Shown: positions 55,929-60,356 of the stretch, piece after piece
How the letters are laid out: each line of letters opens with the position of its first letter
How positions within the stretch are numbered: position 1 is the stretch's first letter
Virus record (IMG/VR): IMGVR_UViG_3300027593_000003
Span: 1 to 60,356 of that record
Source: a virus
Taxonomy: Duplodnaviria; Caudoviricetes
DNA length: 60,356 bases
Direction: 5' to 3' (one strand)
Position numbers and translations under genes: made by a program
The notes under the pieces: model-generated
What the model was told of the DNA's origin: nothing
Databases searched by the model: none
What the model saw: the letters and a program-made list of their open reading frames with translations, nothing else

Positions 55929-58900
55929 ATGCCAAAAACTTTTCTTAAAAAATCCACGGGATGGACTGAAATGAAGTCTATCTTTGTTAAAAAATCAACA
56001 GGGTGGACTGAAACAAAAAGTATATTTATAAAAAAACTTGTTAGCGGAGTTCTCACGTGGGTTAAAGTTTATACTAAAGCATCTTTGCCAGACACTACAA
56101 CTGCCCCATCTATAAGAACAACAAATACGGGCGCTGGAACCATTTATGATGGTCCAGTAGCCGTTAGTCCAAGATTTTTAAATGACAACTTATATGGCAA
56201 AGACGGAGTATATACAAACTATACTTCTATTTTTGGAAGAAAGTTTACAAAAGCAGATGCAGCATCCGCTTTGCCAGCAGAAAGAACCACAGTAGTTACG
56301 GGAGATTTATTTACTTCAGGAGGTGGAGTTACTGAAGCAGATAGAACTGCGCTTGACGGAAAATATTTATTTTATGAATTAAGTGTTCAAAATGGTTCTA
56401 CTGCAAATCAAATTCAGCCAATCTCTCCAGCACTTAAAATGATTAAACGAGCTCCAGCAACAACAGATTTTCAATGGACTGGAGTAGAGCAGGCTGGAAC
56501 AGAGCTTGTTCTAAATTATGTTTATGAAAATTATTATTACAACAAAATAGATCCAAATCTATCCTATATAAAATGGTGGAGAAACACCACCGATGAACCT
56601 GGCGGTGATTTAATTAAAACAGAAACTATTGCAGCAACATCTACTGGAGCAACATCCACTTCTAGATCAGGGACAAGCCGCTACACCCCAAGTGCTATTA
56701 CAGATTCTGGAAAATATATTATAGCTGAAACCACTGCGGTAAATTCAAATACTGTACATTTTGGCTATACAGACAACTATAGCGTTGCTTCATTTTCAAC
56801 AGGAATAATTGGTGCACCACTTGTTTTTTCTAATGTTGAAGTACAAGATGAAAATGGTGAAAATGGTTTAGACAATAGAGGCCGATGGCCAGTAGGCACA
56901 TTAAATAGATATGCATGGACACTTGATGGATATGATGCCAGCACTACTATAAGAATTAGATATAGAATGTATAATTATGATACAGATAGATACTACAAAA
57001 TTTCTACAGGTTTAATTCAAGCAGATACCGATGCTGGAGCAGAAGCTGCATATGATTCATATGTTAGCACTCCAGGAGCCAGTAATTACATAAGCAGTGT
57101 TTCTGTAAGCGGAACTACAGCAACATGCTACGATTACCTTGATCTAATTGATACTTCTGTTTTTAATGGAGGAGGCTCAGGCCCTACTTGGTGGCTAGAG
57201 ATAGAGTTAAGTGCTACCAAGGGTATAGGAAGAGTTTATGAATTAGGATATACAGGCGGATATGCTACTTATTATACTGGAAAAGCAATTGATTCTTCAA
57301 TCTCAGTAAGCCCTACCACTGCTGCAAGAAATGCAAATGTAACAATTTCTGGATCTTTAATTGGATACCCAGCTACTCCATCTACAAATGGATATCCCCG
57401 TCAATATAAAGTTGATTACGGAGATAACTCAGACAGCGGATGGTTACCAGTAGGAGAGTACGCATCGGGCACATTAAATCCAACATTTAGCTTAACAAAA
57501 CAATATTCTGAAGCAGGATCATATACCGTATCAATCGAAACAATACCTTATTATGAATCTTCTACAGCTTCTCTTACAGTAACCTCATCAAAGGTTCCCC
57601 CAACAATGGGAACCCCAACTCTATCAGCCGCAGGGGCTTTTGTAGTTGGATCGAGAAGGCTTTCTGTTCCATTTACAGCAGTCACAGACTCTGGACCTGC
57701 GTATCAAATTTACTGGCATTATAGCTCAGATACTCCTGGTGTTTCTGTTACTCCCGATGGGTCAAGAACAATAAGCCCCGTTTTAGATGAGTCTGGACCA
57801 GACGCTATTGGAAGGTGTTATGTTTTTATTAGATCTTCAGCTACAACTACAACAACAGGAACAACTGCACCTTCAACAACATTAAGTAATTGGAGTGCTG
57901 GTACTTATATTGATATATCTGGTACCAGAACTTTAACTTATAATAAAAATACTACTGATACCGTAGAAAACCTACCTTCTAACTCAAGCGGAACCGACCC
58001 ATGGAATGGATGGGCTACAACAGTATCTTCAAACACTCCAACTAGAACAGGGCATACCTTTAACGGATACAATACTCAGGCAGATGGAACAGGCACTAAT
58101 TATGCAGCAGGTGCAGCAATTACTTTAACTTCAGCCGTAACTCTATATGCAAAATGGACAGCAAACACCTATGCCGTTACTTACTACGGCAACAGCAACA
58201 CTGGAGGATCTGTCCCAGATGCTCAAACAAAAACACATGGAGTTAACCTTACACTAAGAACAAATGTAAATACTTTAACCAGAACTGGTTACACTTTTGC
58301 TGGTTGGAACACAAATTCAAGCGGAACTGGAACAGATTATGCAGCAGGTGCTACATACAGCGGCAATACAGCATTAGATCTTTATGCTAAATGGACAACT
58401 AGTGTAACTTTATACACAGTTACATTTAGCGCAAATGGTGCAACGGGATCACCTTCTAAATCAACTGCACCACAAACTACAGAAGGAGGATCAGTTACTC
58501 TTGCTACAATAGGAACCATGGGTGGAGGAACCAATAGAATTTTTGGTGGTTGGAGAACTGGTACTACTTCTGGAACTGTATATGCATTCGGCGCTAGCTT
58601 TACTCCTACCTCTAATATAACCCTATACGCATATTATGGGACTCAGCCAACGTGTTCTGCGCCTACTCTTTACTTTAGAAGATATCCAAATAACAGTAGC
58701 ACTAGCTACGAGTACTTTGCAGACTATCCAACTCCGTCAGGAGCGTATACTGAAATAATAGGAATGCAATATGAAATTTATTCAGCAAACTCTACAAGTG
58801 GATCTACAGTAACGGGAGGAGCTGGTACACTTGCCTATCCAACTGGAGGAGATACTTACCCATATCAAAGCACAAGGGATGGAACGTACTGGTCTTTCCT

Positions 58901-59027
58901 TGTAAGATCTGGTGAAGGCAGTAGAACCACGGCAGCGGTGGGAACAAGGTTCGGTAGAGTCAGAGTTAGAATGAGAGGAATTGATGGGGTTAATTATCCA
59001 GGAACATATACCTCACCACTATTATAA
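55929..59027 (+). CDS. adhesin-like tail protein with PKD-like and InlB B-repeat domains
   Basis: VDYGD; three TY..N...R.GY.F.GWNT...LYA.W-type repeats. Confidence 0.75.
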   Translation: MPKTFLKKSTGWTEMKSIFVKKSTGWTETKSIFIKKLVSGVLTWVKVYTKASLPDTTTAPSIRTTNTGAGTIYDGPVAVSPRFLNDNLYGKDGVYTNYTSIFGRKFTKADAASALPAERTTVVTGDLFTSGGGVTEADRTALDGKYLFYELSVQNGSTANQIQPISPALKMIKRAPATTDFQWTGVEQAGTELVLNYVYENYYYNKIDPNLSYIKWWRNTTDEPGGDLIKTETIAATSTGATSTSRSGTSRYTPSAITDSGKYIIAETTAVNSNTVHFGYTDNYSVASFSTGIIGAPLVFSNVEVQDENGENGLDNRGRWPVGTLNRYAWTLDGYDASTTIRIRYRMYNYDTDRYYKISTGLIQADTDAGAEAAYDSYVSTPGASNYISSVSVSGTTATCYDYLDLIDTSVFNGGGSGPTWWLEIELSATKGIGRVYELGYTGGYATYYTGKAIDSSISVSPTTAARNANVTISGSLIGYPATPSTNGYPRQYKVDYGDNSDSGWLPVGEYASGTLNPTFSLTKQYSEAGSYTVSIETIPYYESSTASLTVTSSKVPPTMGTPTLSAAGAFVVGSRRLSVPFTAVTDSGPAYQIYWHYSSDTPGVSVTPDGSRTISPVLDESGPDAIGRCYVFIRSSATTTTTGTTAPSTTLSNWSAGTYIDISGTRTLTYNKNTTDTVENLPSNSSGTDPWNGWATTVSSNTPTRTGHTFNGYNTQADGTGTNYAAGAAITLTSAVTLYAKWTANTYAVTYYGNSNTGGSVPDAQTKTHGVNLTLRTNVNTLTRTGYTFAGWNTNSSGTGTDYAAGATYSGNTALDLYAKWTTSVTLYTVTFSANGATGSPSKSTAPQTTEGGSVTLATIGTMGGGTNRIFGGWRTGTTSGTVYAFGASFTPTSNITLYAYYGTQPTCSAPTLYFRRYPNNSSTSYEYFADYPTPSGAYTEIIGMQYEIYSANSTSGSTVTGGAGTLAYPTGGDTYPYQSTRDGTYWSFLVRSGEGSRTTAAVGTRFGRVRVRMRGIDGVNYPGTYTSPLL

Positions 59028-59188
59028 TGATATCAACAGACGATAAAAGATATTTAATTTTTTCTAGGTTAAAAAACCTAGAGGGATTAAAAAATAGAAA
59101 AATTAGCCAAGACCCAGAGGTATTTGAGTCTATTGAAGATTTAAACTCACAGATTCAGGCATTGACTAATATGCTTGAAATGCTATAA
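59027..59188 (+). CDS. 53-aa coiled-coil protein
   Basis: Hand-translated MISTDDKRYLIFSRLKNLE...; TAATG overlap; resembles 59207..59443. Confidence 0.6.
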   Translation: MISTDDKRYLIFSRLKNLEGLKNRKISQDPEVFESIEDLNSQIQALTNMLEML

Positions 59189-59189
59189 T
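59162..59189 (+). promoter_or_regulatory. sigma70-type promoter
   Basis: TTGACT-16 bp-TATAAT with extended TG. Confidence 0.6.
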
Positions 59190-59206
59190 ATGAAAGGAGG
59201 AACAAA

Positions 59207-59443
59207 ATGACAACAATGCTAACAAATGAAGAAAAATTAAACATAGTTAATCAGCACATTAAGTCTGTAGAGTATAACCTATACGGGCACAGTCTGGATT
59301 TAATTCAAGCAAATGCAGTGTCATCGCCAGATGCTGGACAAATTACTGCAATTAATGCTAGAATTGCTGAAGCAAATGCTGTAAAAGCAGCGCTAGTTAC
59401 TGAAAAAAATTCATTAACTGTAGTAGTAGTAGAACAGGAATAA
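59207..59443 (+). CDS. small coiled-coil protein
   Basis: AAGGAGG SD; helical heptads. Confidence 0.75.
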   Translation: MTTMLTNEEKLNIVNQHIKSVEYNLYGHSLDLIQANAVSSPDAGQITAINARIAEANAVKAALVTEKNSLTVVVVEQE

Positions 59444-59446
59444 AAA

Positions 59447-59620
59447 ATGGCAGATAAAGCTGAACTAATTATAACAGCTTTACAGCAAAGAATTGGGGAG
59501 ATTGTCTCAAACTATGAGACTCAGATTGCAATTCTTCGTGCAGAAATTACAACAATTATGCAGCAACAGCAAGAAAAAGAAGAAGCGGTAAAAGAATACG
59601 AAAATTCTTTGCCTCTATAA
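59447..59620 (+). CDS. 57-aa coiled-coil protein
   Basis: Hand-translated MADKAELIITALQQRIGEIVSNYETQIAILRAEIT... Confidence 0.7.
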   Translation: MADKAELIITALQQRIGEIVSNYETQIAILRAEITTIMQQQQEKEEAVKEYENSLPL

Positions 59621-59631
59621 GGAGATAAGCA

Positions 59632-60069
59632 ATGGCAACAAATTCATTTATACCAGTTACATTTAACGACGGGGAGCCACTGGATCCTGTCAAGTTAAAT
59701 AAGTTGGTTGATAATATAAATAATATATATCAGTCTAATGCCATATCTTTATCTAATTCATCAACAGGGACATCTCCTCAAGTTCCAGTCATATTTACAT
59801 TTAGACATAAGTTTGAAAATGTAAAAGCGGGCACCCCACAGAACACTCCTATTAATTTTGGAGATAAGTTTACTCAGTCTGAATTGTCTTCAAGTAAGGT
59901 ATATATTTCTACTGGGATAAGGGCTTCCGTAACAGACAAGGATGTTATAACCGCAAGCGTAGGTGGAGTAAGTACAGGAAATCCAACGCTATATGTTAAT
60001 TTTAACGGAGACAATACTCGCACCATATACGTAGATGTAATAGCAATCTGCATGAGGGATATCGTTTAG
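59632..60069 (+). CDS. putative fibre-tip/structural protein
   Basis: FNDGEPL...KLN.LV.NI N-terminus, beta-rich C-terminus ending VIAIC. Confidence 0.6.
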   Translation: MATNSFIPVTFNDGEPLDPVKLNKLVDNINNIYQSNAISLSNSSTGTSPQVPVIFTFRHKFENVKAGTPQNTPINFGDKFTQSELSSSKVYISTGIRASVTDKDVITASVGGVSTGNPTLYVNFNGDNTRTIYVDVIAICMRDIV

Positions 60070-60074
60070 ACCCC

Positions 60075-60113
60075 TTGACAAGCACCACCAATATGTTACA
60101 ATTATTGTAACAT
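60075..60113 (+). promoter_or_regulatory. promoter with operator-like palindrome
   Basis: TTGACA-16 bp-TACAAT; ATGTTACAAT-T-ATTGTAACAT at 60093-60113. Confidence 0.65.
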
Positions 60114-60114
60114 C

Positions 60115-60140
60115 AAAGTCACGTACCCGTGACTTTTTTT
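60115..60140 (+). terminator. intrinsic terminator
   Basis: AAAGTCACG-TACC-CGTGACTTT + TTTT. Confidence 0.8.
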
Positions 60141-60157
60141 ACATATTAAGGTAGAAA

Positions 60158-60356
60158 ATGAGCAACGATTTAAAATGGATGCTTTCATCCGATCAGCAGT
60201 TCCCATATCAAGATGATAAGATGATAGCCCTATGGTTTAAGGTCATGAAATGGTTTAAGCCAGACGTTGTAGACTACCTTGGAGATACAGACGATCAGGC
60301 CTGTTATAGCAAATATACAGAAGGAAGATCCGCAGAGTTTTTAAACTGTCATAAGA
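60158..60356 (+). CDS. calcineurin-like metallophosphoesterase (partial, runs off window)
   Basis: Hand-translated MSNDLKWMLSSDQQFP...PDVVDYLGDTDD (DxQ and GDxxD motifs). Confidence 0.7.
   Translation, partial: MSNDLKWMLSSDQQFPYQDDKMIALWFKVMKWFKPDVVDYLGDTDDQACYSKYTEGRSAEFLNCHK

Noticed and set aside
1-60356. Stop-codon reassignment or tRNA genes
   Set aside because: Long genes are intact under the standard code, all three stops end genes, and no cloverleaf was seen in the short intergenic gaps

Overview
AT-rich, gene-dense segment of a large tailed phage (siphovirus-type). The host is probably a freshwater actinobacterium; this is inferred from leaderless promoters and gene content. Left end: micro-ORFs, two 2OG-Fe(II) oxygenase-like genes, a candidate small RNA, a lysozyme-like protein, a GT4 glycosyltransferase, class II ribonucleotide reductase (nrdJ) and an EF-hand holin. 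From 7.1 to 31.2 kb lies an accessory fibre region built from two paralogous cassettes. Each runs small adaptor + Mtd-N fibre + shared 'GD(L/I)xA' terminal domain, then a low-complexity cargo protein, then a block of putative maturation genes. Cargo 1 has a 28-Cys insert. Cargo 2 is FN3-FN3-(FFxPPx)22-Hint and is followed by six prolyl-hydroxylase-like 2OG-Fe(II) oxygenases and two DUF6065/dUTPase-like genes. This is the best candidate for an undescribed system: phage-encoded post-translational tailoring of a displayed repeat peptide. From 31.3 to 60 kb is the morphogenesis operon: portal, protease with nested scaffold, capsid, neck, tail tube, -1 frameshifted chaperone, tape measure with internal cargo modules, tail tip and fibres. 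No terminase, tRNA, CRISPR, integrase or reverse transcriptase was seen. All family calls come from motif recognition by eye, not database searches.
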